Below, one piece after another: positions 1 through 10,700 of a stretch of 64,000 nucleotides of DNA (position 1 is its first letter; each line of letters opens with the position of its first letter). The DNA is from Sedimentisphaerales bacterium (GTDB lineage Bacteria > Planctomycetota > Phycisphaerae > Sedimentisphaerales > SM23-30), in assembly GCA_028281535.1 (NCBI GenBank), contig JANQJS010000063.1, forward strand, positions 1 to 64,000. The letters run 5' to 3'. Under the pieces are notes generated by a model, which was not told the DNA's origin, did no database searches, and saw only the letters and a program-made list of their open reading frames with translations. The position numbers were made by a program, and so were the translations under genes.

Positions 1-617
1 TTAATATATACGATATCATTCGTAATCGCTTGAACAACCTCTTGATCATGACTCACCAATAAAATCGGTAATTGTTTTTCCTCTGCAACATGTTTCAGAT
101 GCTCAACAATTCTAACTTTCAACGCATGATCTAAACCCGTAAATGGCTCATCCAAAAGCAACATCTCAGGACAACTCAACAACGCACGCCCCAATGCTAC
201 TCTTCTAGCTTGGCCTCCACTTAACGATTGCGTACGCCTCTGTAATAAGTCTCCTATTTCCAGTAAATCAACGACCTTCTCTAAAGAAAATTTCGAAGAC
301 TTGTTTCGTATAAAGCCAAAGTTAAGATTTTCTTTAACGGTTAAATGTGGAAACAAAAGACTTTTTTGAAATACAATACCAAGTCGCCTGGCTTCAGGTG
401 CTAAAAATTCCTTTGCGGAAATATCTACAAATACCTTTTCGTGAAACTTGATATGCCCCGATTTCGGACGAATTAAGCCACCTATTAAATTAACAAGAGT
501 TGTTTTTCCACTACCAGACGGTCCACATAATGCCGTAATACCATCATGACACTTAACGTTCACATCTAAATAAAACATACCTGGATACTGAAATTGACAG
601 TGGACCGACAAACTCAT
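1..617 (-). CDS. modC: Molybdate ABC transporter ATP-binding protein ModC; start codon at 615-617 overlaps the modB stop by 4 nt (ATGA); the C-terminal part runs off the window edge
   Basis: Manual translation of the minus strand from 617 gives MSLSVHCQFQYPGMFYLDVNVKCHDGITALCGPSGSGKTTLVNLIGGL (Walker A). It continues with LSGGQARRVALGRALL (ABC signature) and LLLDEPF (Walker B). It lies in an operon with modB and modA. Confidence 0.85.
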   Translation of the reverse strand, partial: MSLSVHCQFQYPGMFYLDVNVKCHDGITALCGPSGSGKTTLVNLIGGLIRPKSGHIKFHEKVFVDISAKEFLAPEARRLGIVFQKSLLFPHLTVKENLNFGFIRNKSSKFSLEKVVDLLEIGDLLQRRTQSLSGGQARRVALGRALLSCPEMLLLDEPFTGLDHALKVRIVEHLKHVAEEKQLPILLVSHDQEVVQAITNDIVYI

Positions 618-1339
618 ATTAATTCCCTCCCCAACAATCGCTGCTCGCGGCGTAAAAACCATTCGGAGGCTGCCAACGCCGCCAAAGAAATCAGTATCGA
701 CATCACCACAATCGGAGCAGCAGATTCAATACCACCCGGTGTTTCCAGTTGATTAAAAATGTACAGCGGAATCGTTTGTGTTTGCCCTGGTATACTTCCG
801 GCAATCATAATCGTTGCGCCAAACTCTCCCATGCTCCTGGCAAAAGCCAATACGCAGCCAGCAATAATCCCATGTCGAGCTAAAGGCAAACTAATGGAAA
901 AAAAACAGTCCAATGGCCTTGCCCCTAAGCTTCGTGCAGCCCCTTCCAGACGATGATCAACCGTCGTAAATGCCACACGTATGGTTCTCACCATCAACGG
1001 AAAAGCAATTACACCACTAGCAAGAGCGGCGGCTTTCCATGTAAAAATGATCTCGATACCAAACCAGGCGTAAAAATAGCGACCCAACCAACCGTTATTA
1101 CCAAATGTGACTAACAAGAGATATCCCGTTACGACAGGTGGCATGACTAGAGGAAGATTGATCAACGTTTCCAGAATAAATTTTCCCCGAAACTGTCTAC
1201 GAGCCAAAACCCAACCCAATCCAATCCCAAATGGCAAACTCAAGGCCACGGCCATGATCGCCACAAATAGGCTTAATTTAATGGCTTGCCACTCAGCGAT
1301 CGAAAATCCAGCAAAACTTTCTGAAATCATATAAATCAT
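614..1339 (-). CDS. modB: Molybdate ABC transporter permease ModB
   Basis: 241-aa multi-TM protein with a typical ModB/CysTW-type sequence, including the EAA-like loop region (EGAARSLGARPLDCFFSISLPLA). The start overlaps the modA stop. Confidence 0.9.
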   Translation of the reverse strand: MIYMISESFAGFSIAEWQAIKLSLFVAIMAVALSLPFGIGLGWVLARRQFRGKFILETLINLPLVMPPVVTGYLLLVTFGNNGWLGRYFYAWFGIEIIFTWKAAALASGVIAFPLMVRTIRVAFTTVDHRLEGAARSLGARPLDCFFSISLPLARHGIIAGCVLAFARSMGEFGATIMIAGSIPGQTQTIPLYIFNQLETPGGIESAAPIVVMSILISLAALAASEWFLRREQRLLGRELI

Positions 1340-2121
1340 TTGAGTTGATCATACCGCAAAAACCCATGTTTTTCAAAAACCTTTAATGCAGGCGGACTAA
1401 GGAGAAACTCATGAAAGTCTTCAACCTCTTTGAGTCGATCTGAATTTTGCAACATCACTATGGGATAAATAATGGGATCATGATCGCTCGATGAAAATTC
1501 ATGGACTATGTAAACATCCTGACTGGCATGAGCATCACTAGCATACACAATCCCAACCTGAGCTTCACCGGTTTGAATAAAATTTAATGCCATACGGACA
1601 CTTTGGCCCCGTACGATTTTACCCGACTCAATCAGCTTTTGATAACATTCGATACCTTGAAGCGCTTGCTGAGCGTATTGTCCAGCGGGTACATTCTGGC
1701 CAGCCAAAGCAATCCGTTGAATGGAAGGCTGTAACAGATAATCAGCTATATCCATTTCCAGTATCTCTTTGGTATTGGAAATCACGACCAGTTGATTGCT
1801 TAATAAAGGCTCAGGTGAAAACGATAGCTCTTTTTCGTAGAGAAGTTGAGTCCATTTAGGATTAGCACTAAAAAAAAGATCCGCCGGCACACCAGCAAGA
1901 ATCTGCTGAGCCAGGGCATTAGACGCTCCGGATGAAATGACAACGCGCTGGCCAGACCTTTGATAATATAAATCCGCAATTTCCTGACAGGCATCTACCG
2001 TGCTGGATGCGGTTAGAAATAAAATGGATGTCGCATTGTTTTTTGAATCTTGGGAATCAACAAAAAGAAAACTCAAAAATAGTATTGTGACCCAAAAAAT
2101 AACTAGAATGGAATATTTCAT
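1336..2121 (-). CDS. modA: Molybdate ABC transporter periplasmic substrate-binding protein ModA
   Basis: 261 aa with an N-terminal signal/TM segment. ModA-like length and sequence (SSGASNALAQQILAGVPADLFFSA), at the first position of the modABC gene order. Confidence 0.85.
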   Translation of the reverse strand: MKYSILVIFWVTILFLSFLFVDSQDSKNNATSILFLTASSTVDACQEIADLYYQRSGQRVVISSGASNALAQQILAGVPADLFFSANPKWTQLLYEKELSFSPEPLLSNQLVVISNTKEILEMDIADYLLQPSIQRIALAGQNVPAGQYAQQALQGIECYQKLIESGKIVRGQSVRMALNFIQTGEAQVGIVYASDAHASQDVYIVHEFSSSDHDPIIYPIVMLQNSDRLKEVEDFHEFLLSPPALKVFEKHGFLRYDQLK

Positions 2122-2154
2122 AGACCAGCTACTTAATTCATCAAGACATCTTGA

Positions 2155-4374
2155 TTACAATCGCACATCAGCAGAAATGAAACGCAACAGAGAATCACGT
2201 CCCCATTGAAATAAAGTGCTTTTGCCGCAATCAATTCTAACGCGACCTGACATATAGCTTCGTGCTGAAGATACCAGGGTCTCTGGATCTAATTGAATCG
2301 TCACTTCATAGGCTGTTTCAACGGGTTTTTCCTGTTGAGTGATCGGATCATATTCTGTTAAAACTTCGCCACCAACCTTATTACTTAGGGCCATTTTTTC
2401 ACCAAACTCACCCATATCTTCCTGCTGGTGAGGACTGACCTCAACAACTTGACCACTAAATCGATCAGCAGGAAATGCATATAACATTAACTCTGCATTC
2501 TGGCCTAATTGATCAGACTGTTTAAAGATTCGCGTGTAGGTTTTTTCTGGAACCCATACTTTTGCCTCCAGACGAGTGGGATCTGCTAAAAACAAAAGAG
2601 GTGCCCCTTGTGGTTGAAACTGTTTTTCCATCTGTCGCAATTGTAATTCATCAGTAAAGACCTGAGCCTTAAACGGCACTTTGATTTTTAAAGCCGCCAT
2701 CATCTCATCCAATCGCTGCTGGTCTCGTTGTAATTTTTCTAAATAGTCATCGATTTTCATGACATTACTGCTAACACCCGATTGACGCATCACACGCTTA
2801 TCAATCATGGCCTGTTTAACACTTTCGGTCAAACGCACTTTCTCATATGCCAATCGCCCATTAGATAGCTCCACGGCAAGGCCATCATTCGTTTCCGGAT
2901 CAACCCAATGCCCTTCCGAAATATCATCTTTCCAGTTTAACACACCACCAACCTCGCTACGAATATAGCTTTTCTGATGCGGCTCAAGAACAAAGTTTAA
3001 TACGACATGCTGTTTCATAGGCCAGAACATCACAACACCTAGAAGTGTTACAATACCAGCAAGCAATACCATTAATCGAACATTGGTGATTCCATAGACC
3101 TGACGTTTCTTGATAATCATATCTCCCATTTTATAGGTAGGAATTAATAACATCGTTAAAGCACAAAAAACCACTAAAAGAGTTCCCACCCACTCCAAAC
3201 GAACCTGGCTTAAATAATTGTAGAGTAAATATAAAATCATTATCATAATAAACCAACGGTACGCTACTGCAGCAACCGAAAATATAGGAAACATAAAACG
3301 GTAGCGATGTTCTTCTCGCATCTCTTCGGCATAACCACCCATAACATACCTGACAAAAATACCTGTCATATATCGGCTAGCTCGTTGACGCAAATTGGGA
3401 ACTTCAATCAAATCCATCAACATGTAATAGCCATCATATCGCAATAGTGGATTGGCATTAAATAAGATAGTGGATATGGAGCAAGCGACCATCACATTAA
3501 ATGCAATCGTATGTATAAACGAAGGAGCAGATGTAAAGTACCAGACAATCGCTGCTACGGCCGCAAAAAAGACCTCGGTCATGATACCGCCTGCCGTGAC
3601 CAAAAAACGATGTCGCTTATTGGTAAAGGTCCAGGAATCTGTCACGTTACAATAGAAAAAAGGCATAAACACCAGGCATAGATACCCCATTTCATGTACT
3701 TCCCCTCCATAATGTTTACACATCAATCCATGACCAAATTCATGAAACCCCTTAATAATCCAAATCACTGCAAACAATATTGGGATATTATAAATGGTGA
3801 AAAAATTCGATTTGAACATCACGGAAAATTCACTCGCTTTGTCGGCCACCAAACCAATTGCAACAATAATAAGTAAAATGTAAAATAGGATAAATGGCTT
3901 TGACCAGAGCCAACTCATTCGAGCATGCATTTTATCTAATATTTTATCAGGATCAAAAAGCGGTATTCTGAAAAACATGAAGTTAAAAATCTGTTTTTTA
4001 AACTTTGACTTCCATGCATTCTGACGGGCATCATACAACAGTTGGTCACGATGAGGTTGATGTGCCATCACTAGATTTTTCTTTAATAGATCACTGACAA
4101 ACAATCCGATTTCCTGATTATCCAAATCATCACTATTAAATTCGTTTAGATAAGCCTGCTTGACCGATTCAACCGTTGAAGGCTGTCGCAATAAATCCAA
4201 TACAAAATATTCTTCGCGATTGAAACGATAATACTTTAAGGAAAGTGGATCTTTGATAACAAAATATCGCTGGCCATCATAAATCTGCTCGGTCACTTCC
4301 AGTTCCTGGCGCAAGACCGGCAAGTCATGATCATCCAGGGTAAAATTATTTGCGTCAATATTTTGTGCCATCAA
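2155..4374 (-). CDS. Membrane metalloprotease of the peptidase M50 / site-2-protease type, with a C-terminal HlyD-like membrane-fusion (barrel-sandwich/coiled-coil) domain fused to it
   Basis: 739 aa. An HExxH motif (GFHEFGHGL) sits in a TM helix and a downstream NPLLRYDGYY (LDG-like) motif in a later TM helix, as in S2P/M50 enzymes. After the last TM segment there is a ~270-aa soluble region with coiled-coil (LEKLQRDQQRLDEMMAALK) and beta-rich HlyD-like sequence. The stop lies only 33 nt upstream of the modA start. Confidence 0.7.
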   Translation of the reverse strand: MMAQNIDANNFTLDDHDLPVLRQELEVTEQIYDGQRYFVIKDPLSLKYYRFNREEYFVLDLLRQPSTVESVKQAYLNEFNSDDLDNQEIGLFVSDLLKKNLVMAHQPHRDQLLYDARQNAWKSKFKKQIFNFMFFRIPLFDPDKILDKMHARMSWLWSKPFILFYILLIIVAIGLVADKASEFSVMFKSNFFTIYNIPILFAVIWIIKGFHEFGHGLMCKHYGGEVHEMGYLCLVFMPFFYCNVTDSWTFTNKRHRFLVTAGGIMTEVFFAAVAAIVWYFTSAPSFIHTIAFNVMVACSISTILFNANPLLRYDGYYMLMDLIEVPNLRQRASRYMTGIFVRYVMGGYAEEMREEHRYRFMFPIFSVAAVAYRWFIMIMILYLLYNYLSQVRLEWVGTLLVVFCALTMLLIPTYKMGDMIIKKRQVYGITNVRLMVLLAGIVTLLGVVMFWPMKQHVVLNFVLEPHQKSYIRSEVGGVLNWKDDISEGHWVDPETNDGLAVELSNGRLAYEKVRLTESVKQAMIDKRVMRQSGVSSNVMKIDDYLEKLQRDQQRLDEMMAALKIKVPFKAQVFTDELQLRQMEKQFQPQGAPLLFLADPTRLEAKVWVPEKTYTRIFKQSDQLGQNAELMLYAFPADRFSGQVVEVSPHQQEDMGEFGEKMALSNKVGGEVLTEYDPITQQEKPVETAYEVTIQLDPETLVSSARSYMSGRVRIDCGKSTLFQWGRDSLLRFISADVRL

Positions 4375-4412
4375 TCTTCATTCAATGATTTGATATTTAT
4401 TATTAACCAACA

Positions 4413-5372
4413 TTAATTGTCAGGAATATTATCTAATTCGACACGAGCTTCCATTCCTTCACGAAACAGGTAAGGATATTCGCCTTTAGCCGCATCTTTC
4501 TTAGGTGGATTTTTAAGTTCAACTTGAATTTCAAACTCGTTAATAACCACGGTTGGACTAATGTAAACCACTTTAGCCAGTACCGGGGTATCTTCATAAT
4601 CTCGAACGTAAACAATCGCTTCCTGGCCTAATTTTACAGAGTTAACCTGAGAAGCTGGCACTTGATGGCTTAATTTGAAACGATCCACTTTCATAACCAC
4701 CATGACTTCCTGGCCGGTTCTGACGGCTTCACCTACCTCTGGTTTTTTTAAGCTTCTCTCACGCATAGATGGAATCGTATTAAACGAAACCACCACTCCA
4801 TCAATCGGAGAAACGACTTTATGTTTTTTCAGGTTCACTTTCTGAGTCTTTAGATCATTTTCCATCAATATTTTTTCGAGCTTGGCTTCCTGAACATCCA
4901 GATCTGCGATTTCTTTGGCCTGCTTTGCTTCTCTTAATTCTTTTTGAGAAACAGCAGCAATATTGGTATTTCCAATTTTTTCTTCAGCCAACCCTTTCAA
5001 TAAATTATAGGTATCCGTTCGATATTCCTGGTTGACAAGTGCCTTTTTAAATTTTGTTCCCATCTGCAATTGCTCTTCGATCCGCTCAACTTGAAGTTCG
5101 ATCAACTCAGCATCAAAATCGATTAAGACATCCCCTTTCTTGACAAAATCCTGAGCTTTGTGGTGAATCTTTTTAATCACAGCGACCACTTCGGAACTTA
5201 AGATTACGACTTTATCGGCTTGCAAAGGGACGTAACCCGCATTGTCATCGATGTTGAAACTGCTGGTATCAAAATTGCTATCCTGACTTCGTAAAATTCC
5301 TGTCACACCTGAGCAACATATAAAGAAACAAATGAGAACCATCCATTGTTTTCGATTGAGATTCATCTTCAA
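4413..5372 (-). CDS. HlyD-family membrane-fusion / periplasmic adaptor protein
   Basis: 319 aa with an N-terminal signal/anchor (MVLICFFICCSGVTG) and a biotin-lipoyl-like segment (VVILSSEVVAVIKKIHHKAQDFVKKGDVLIDF). It also has a long coiled-coil and a C-terminal beta domain. Confidence 0.75.
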   Translation of the reverse strand: MKMNLNRKQWMVLICFFICCSGVTGILRSQDSNFDTSSFNIDDNAGYVPLQADKVVILSSEVVAVIKKIHHKAQDFVKKGDVLIDFDAELIELQVERIEEQLQMGTKFKKALVNQEYRTDTYNLLKGLAEEKIGNTNIAAVSQKELREAKQAKEIADLDVQEAKLEKILMENDLKTQKVNLKKHKVVSPIDGVVVSFNTIPSMRERSLKKPEVGEAVRTGQEVMVVMKVDRFKLSHQVPASQVNSVKLGQEAIVYVRDYEDTPVLAKVVYISPTVVINEFEIQVELKNPPKKDAAKGEYPYLFREGMEARVELDNIPDN

Positions 5373-5416
5373 TCCTTTCCTTTCCTACAGATTGAAATTT
5401 ACCGGCCAGTTGATTT

Positions 5417-7399
5417 TTAGAAAAAGGCCACTCGAAGAAAATCCATAAATTCGTGCGTATATGCAAAATAGAGACTTCGCTCACCACACTCTACCGAGAC
5501 TTTGCCTTCCAGGCCAACACGTGGATCAACGATCGATCGGAGATTCTCTGGCTGAGCAACTAGAATTTCTATGACATTTTCATATTTTTGATCGCCCGTT
5601 GAATCCACATAAGCTCGCGGTGAAACCGAAATAACATGAGATTCAAACTTGGTATCAGGATACGCATTTAAGATAATATTCGCTTTGAGGGTCTGGCCTT
5701 CATCCAAAGCATCAAACGCTTTCAGTAACTGCCCTGATTTGGCCTCTGGAATCTTTACCGTCAAATCCCAGGTCGATTTATTGGGAACAACTTCGATAAT
5801 AGCATCGCCACGATTGACAGGCTTGGAGAGCATTTGACGTAACTCACTTTCACGTGTGATCAATTGGCCCGTCAGCGGTGCACGAATTAAATATTTCTCA
5901 AGATCCAACTGAGCTTTTTTCAGCTGAGCCGTTGAACTGATAAGTTGACTTTGATAACGCGCCACCATCGGCTGATTATTGCGGCTTTTAGATTCATGCA
6001 GGTTAATGCGCGTTTCGTTGATCACGTTCGTGATACGATCAATTTCTGCATCTATGATTTTTGTATCCAACCGAGCTACGATATCGCCTTTTTGAACTTG
6101 CCGATCTTCAGGCACATCGATTCTTTCAATCAGTCCTTCCTGGTTGGCATAGGCCACTCGGGCATCCATGGGCGTCAGCTCCGCAGTGCCTTTCACCTTG
6201 ACCTGCTTACTGAAAACCATCGGTAAGATAAACAAAATCGCCCAGAAAACCAACCAAACCCATCGCCGCCCAGCATGCATTCGATAGACCTTATCACGCA
6301 ATTTTGCTGCAGGTCGTAAGATCGGTGCCATGGGCATCGTACGATAAGCAAGACCATTCGATAATGCACTACCTGCTTCGACAAGCAAATTATCGATTTG
6401 CTCACGTTCATGCTGCTCTATAGGCTGCTCTTTGGCTTTTTCAATCACCAAAGCACCCACTACAATATTGTCAAAAACAATGGGAAAGACACCCATGGTT
6501 TGTGATTTTGCTTCCAGCATATATAAACGGGCTTCCAGAATTAAGTCATCGCTTTTTTCTGTCCGGCTTAATGCAGCGTTTGGATTATCTACCAGTAACA
6601 CTTTATTATTTTGACAGACCTGGCGAGCCACTTTGGAAATACTTTTGATAAAATTACTCTTCACAGCAACCGATTCCAATCCTGAAACCGATTCCATGCG
6701 AAATTTTCCTGCACTGTTGTATGTACCAGCCAGACAGCGGTAGACACCCAACATTTCCTGAGCATAATTGGCCAGGGCATAACAACTTCGTCTGGGATCC
6801 AAGCTGCTGTGAAGGGAACTGACATACTGGCGAAAACGATCTGACCGTGATAATTGCTGGTTCATTTCGCTCATACGCAGGCGTTGTAAAAACAAACTGG
6901 CCTTGCGGCACAAACCAGTTAAATATTCCGTAAAACCACGTATCGCACGAGGGTCAATATCAGGCGGTGTCAGGACCAAAAGAATCTTTTCCAATTTCTC
7001 CGAAGCAACGATTGGCACAAATACCATCGTATGTTGGCTTCGATTAACGGCATCTTTACCTAAACCACCATCGTACAAATTTGAGCCATCGCTGGCTGGC
7101 AAAATGACTGGTTGATTTGTTTCCGAAATACGAATAAAGGCTTTTCCCAGGAGATCAAATTGGCTGCCATTCTTTTCTAAGCCAGCAAGCTGAAGATTGA
7201 TGTGATGTTGCGTATCAATGGCATTATTCGCCTTGACCGTCCAGACACCCCCACCGACGCCAAGTACAGTGACAATACCTTCTAAAAATCGCTTAAAGAA
7301 TTCCTCATCCGAATCGATGGTATGACTTAGCTCATCGATTTGGACATTTAGGACAGCTAAATGATCCTGAAACTCCTTTTCCTGGACATCTGTAGACAT
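5417..7399 (-). CDS. Bitopic membrane protein: cytoplasmic tandem GAF-like domains, a single TM helix, and a periplasmic HlyD-like membrane-fusion domain
   Basis: 660 aa with a TM helix near residue 390 (RRWVWLVFWAILFILPMVF). The C-terminal half has lipoyl-like (VQKGDIVARLD), coiled-coil and beta-barrel MFP signatures. The N-terminal 380 aa look like two GAF-like alpha/beta modules; this is inferred from the sequence pattern and needs an HMM check. Confidence 0.6.
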   Translation of the reverse strand: MSTDVQEKEFQDHLAVLNVQIDELSHTIDSDEEFFKRFLEGIVTVLGVGGGVWTVKANNAIDTQHHINLQLAGLEKNGSQFDLLGKAFIRISETNQPVILPASDGSNLYDGGLGKDAVNRSQHTMVFVPIVASEKLEKILLVLTPPDIDPRAIRGFTEYLTGLCRKASLFLQRLRMSEMNQQLSRSDRFRQYVSSLHSSLDPRRSCYALANYAQEMLGVYRCLAGTYNSAGKFRMESVSGLESVAVKSNFIKSISKVARQVCQNNKVLLVDNPNAALSRTEKSDDLILEARLYMLEAKSQTMGVFPIVFDNIVVGALVIEKAKEQPIEQHEREQIDNLLVEAGSALSNGLAYRTMPMAPILRPAAKLRDKVYRMHAGRRWVWLVFWAILFILPMVFSKQVKVKGTAELTPMDARVAYANQEGLIERIDVPEDRQVQKGDIVARLDTKIIDAEIDRITNVINETRINLHESKSRNNQPMVARYQSQLISSTAQLKKAQLDLEKYLIRAPLTGQLITRESELRQMLSKPVNRGDAIIEVVPNKSTWDLTVKIPEAKSGQLLKAFDALDEGQTLKANIILNAYPDTKFESHVISVSPRAYVDSTGDQKYENVIEILVAQPENLRSIVDPRVGLEGKVSVECGERSLYFAYTHEFMDFLRVAFF

Positions 7400-7628
7400 C
7401 CCATTCTCCTTACAGGTTTTATAAACGTCCTAATATCATATCAAAACCCTAGCTTCTCACAAGAGCCTTTTTTATCCACTTTATGATTTTCCTCACTTAT
7501 TTCGAGAAAATAAGTAATTCAAACATACAGACTTATAGATATTTAGGGCTAGAAATCGTTTCTGGCCCTGATCCTGGCCATACTATTCGAAAACGAATCT
7601 ATCTGTGTTATCATCGCAATACAGGCAT

Positions 7629-7663
7629 AAAAAAAGCCCGATCTCGTATGAGACCGGGCTTTT
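7629..7663 (-). terminator. Rho-independent terminator (bidirectional hairpin) downstream of the giant gene
   Basis: GCCCGATCTC-GTAT-GAGACCGGGC hairpin. It is flanked by A7 on the plus strand (a T7 run on the minus strand) and TTTT. Confidence 0.7.
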
Positions 7664-7700
7664 GACGAACTTAATCGCTAATTTAAGAGTTCCTCTTAAA

Positions 7701-10700
7701 TTAGATAACTTCAGTACGATCAGTGATAACTTCACCATTGATGGAAGATGAGCTGAATCGTCCGAAGATCGTTGCATCAGAGACACTACCAAGGAACTGA
7801 CTGTTCGTTGCATTACCTGCGATGAATAGTGAGTTCGTGGTGCCTTGTACGAAGACATTACTAATGCTTGATGCATTGAAGTTCATGACATTGCCAAGAA
7901 CATCAAAGTTACGGATGCGACCAGATGACAAGTAGTCAACGTTACCACCGACAAAACCTTTTTGCAGTGATTCCGCTTTGATTAAATCGGCATCACCAGC
8001 GATGGCCACACCGCGAAGTGCAGAAGTCGTTTCGACTGAATCCAGGCTACCTTCAACAATCAAGTTTTTGACTTTCAGCTTGCCATGAACATCAACATGA
8101 CCAACGTTAGCACCGTTAGATCCGACAACACCATTCTTAGAAGCTTTCATAATGGTTTTGAAACCTGCTTCATCAACAGTTCCACCTGCAGCAGCCAAAG
8201 CAGCACTACCTTTTCCTGTCGTACTGGTGACATCAATATCAGTGACTTTACCGAAGATTGAACTCCAGGCAGCTGAAACATTTTTGCTACCTTTGAGGTA
8301 TAGACTCTGAGTAGTTGCACCATTGTATTCCACAGTTTGCAGTGAGCTGGTTTTGCTCAATGTACCACTGTCAGTGATACGATCAGTAGGATCATTGATA
8401 TCACCATCTGTGAACAGGTCACCGAAGTTGTTTGCTGTCAAGTCTGCGGTTGAACCATCGATGTCACCATCGTCTGTTCCAAACTCACGAACGTTGATCA
8501 AATCAACATCACCCAAGACTGGTGGGTCTGAATCGTTATTAGAAGAAGTTGTACCTTCAATTGACAAGTCACCAGCCCAGTCACCCCAGATGTTGATTTC
8601 AGTCACATCACCAACGATGTCAACTTCAGCACCTGCGTCATCTAGACCAACAATATCAAGCTGTTCAATAATGTAGTCAGTACTATCATTGTTATCAATA
8701 ATACCCGCAGCACCACCACTGACTTCAACTGAAATCGAGTCTTGGCTGAATGGGTTATTTTCAGAAACGATGGTTTCACCATCAATGGCTTTCAAGCCGA
8801 TGTTCACATCAACATCAGACAGACCAGTGATTGCTCCACCTGCGTTTGGAACGATCATACGGCTAATGAAACCAGCGACAGTCATGTTGCCAATGTTTTC
8901 AGATCCGATTGGAACTTGAAGACCACCAAAGTCACCGAAGATATCGAAGTCACCAGCAATATCACCAGCAAGAACATAAATCGTTCCAGTCGCTGTTCCG
9001 GTTGGTTCTGGAGTACCTAAGCCATCAATCACAACCGTTGGTGCAACAGTGCGGAAGTCAAGTGTACTTGAAACGTCACCCGCTTCGACCAGCACACCAC
9101 CAGTAAACCATGATGGAATACCAGCAGCAACAGCAGCACCATAAGCAGCTGAGATCGTAGCGTTGTCGATGTCACCACCAACAGCACCCGTTCCTTCAGA
9201 TTCCCAGGTACCAGACCAGTCCAAGCTAGAAGCAATTGAACCGAATGAGGTTGCTGTATGAACGGTACCAGAAACTGAACCATTCAGAGATACAACATAA
9301 CCAAGGCTGTCGATATCAGCAGTAACGCTTACATTACCAGAGGCAATGATGTTACCAGCGGTATCAGCATTAATACTTACAGTCAGATCTGTATTTTGAT
9401 CATCACCAATTTCTGCATCAAGTGCAGTTGGTGCTGTATCATCAATCACATCAGCAGTGAAGGCAGTTCCTTCATCAGCATTTGATGCTGCAAGGAAGTT
9501 CGCAGCCAATGTGTTAGAATCTAATGCGGTTGCATTGTCTGCAGCAACGATGTTGCCCAGTGTACCTGAAACAGTAACACCGAAACCATCACCATCTTCT
9601 TGAAGAAGAAGGATTTCATCAACACTAACAGGTGCACCATCACTTGCTGTCGCAGAAACAGTATCACTATCAGCAAAGATAATCAATTGATCGACGGTCA
9701 AGCCGTTTGCATCCAAGCCGGTATCAGCATCAATGTCGATGACTGCTACAGCACCAGGTGTTACTGTGTAAACACGAGGTGTGGTGTCAAGTGAGTCTGA
9801 ACGATCATTAATCGTTACACCAGTTGCACCAGCAGCAACACCAAAGAGCCAGTCACCACTGAAATCGTTACCAGTAATCGCACCAACTGTGCCACCGGTT
9901 AAGATATCAGCAGTCACATCACCTGTTGTTGCTGTGATAGCACCTAAAGTGCCACCAGCCTGGATCAAACCAGAACCGCCAACATTGACTTGAGCTGTAA
10001 CAGTACCAATGTTACCGCCAGCACTCAGTAAACCAGTAAAGCTACCGATTTGAGTCACGGTTCCATCTACATTGGTGACAGAGTTACCAATGGTCACAGC
10101 ACCAATATTGGTTGCAGCGATGATTGAACCCGTTAGGCTACCAGCAATATCAACAGCACCCGTTGAACCGGTTGAACCAGCTACACCAGCGTCGTTGAAG
10201 ATTTGAATGGTACCAGCCATATCGTTACCGGTTCCCGTGAAAGTTCCATCGGTACCAACGGTGATACTATCAATATCATAAGCGTTCAAACCACCTGTTG
10301 AAGTAATAGCACCTGTCACGGTGAAAGCAGCAATATCGTGACCTTCAATGACATAAGTCAGGTCACCATTAATGGTCACTGCACCTGTTACAATCGCGTT
10401 ATCTTCTTGTGAGATTTCAGTGATAACACCACCAGTAACTTCAAGTTCGAACGCGTTGACACCACCACCAGCTTCAAGTTCAATTGGAGTGATGAAAGCA
10501 CCAGCACCATCGCCATGCGTGACACTGATGTCACCACCGGTACTTGCAGGACCGACAGGAACAATGTAATCACCATCAGCAGGAACACCAATCGTGACCG
10601 TTCCTGCATTTGGATGCAAGAAGGCAGAAGTCATATTAGCGGCAGTTGGGTTATCAATACCCAGTACGCTACCTGCTGAGAACAAGCTTACGTTTGTTGT

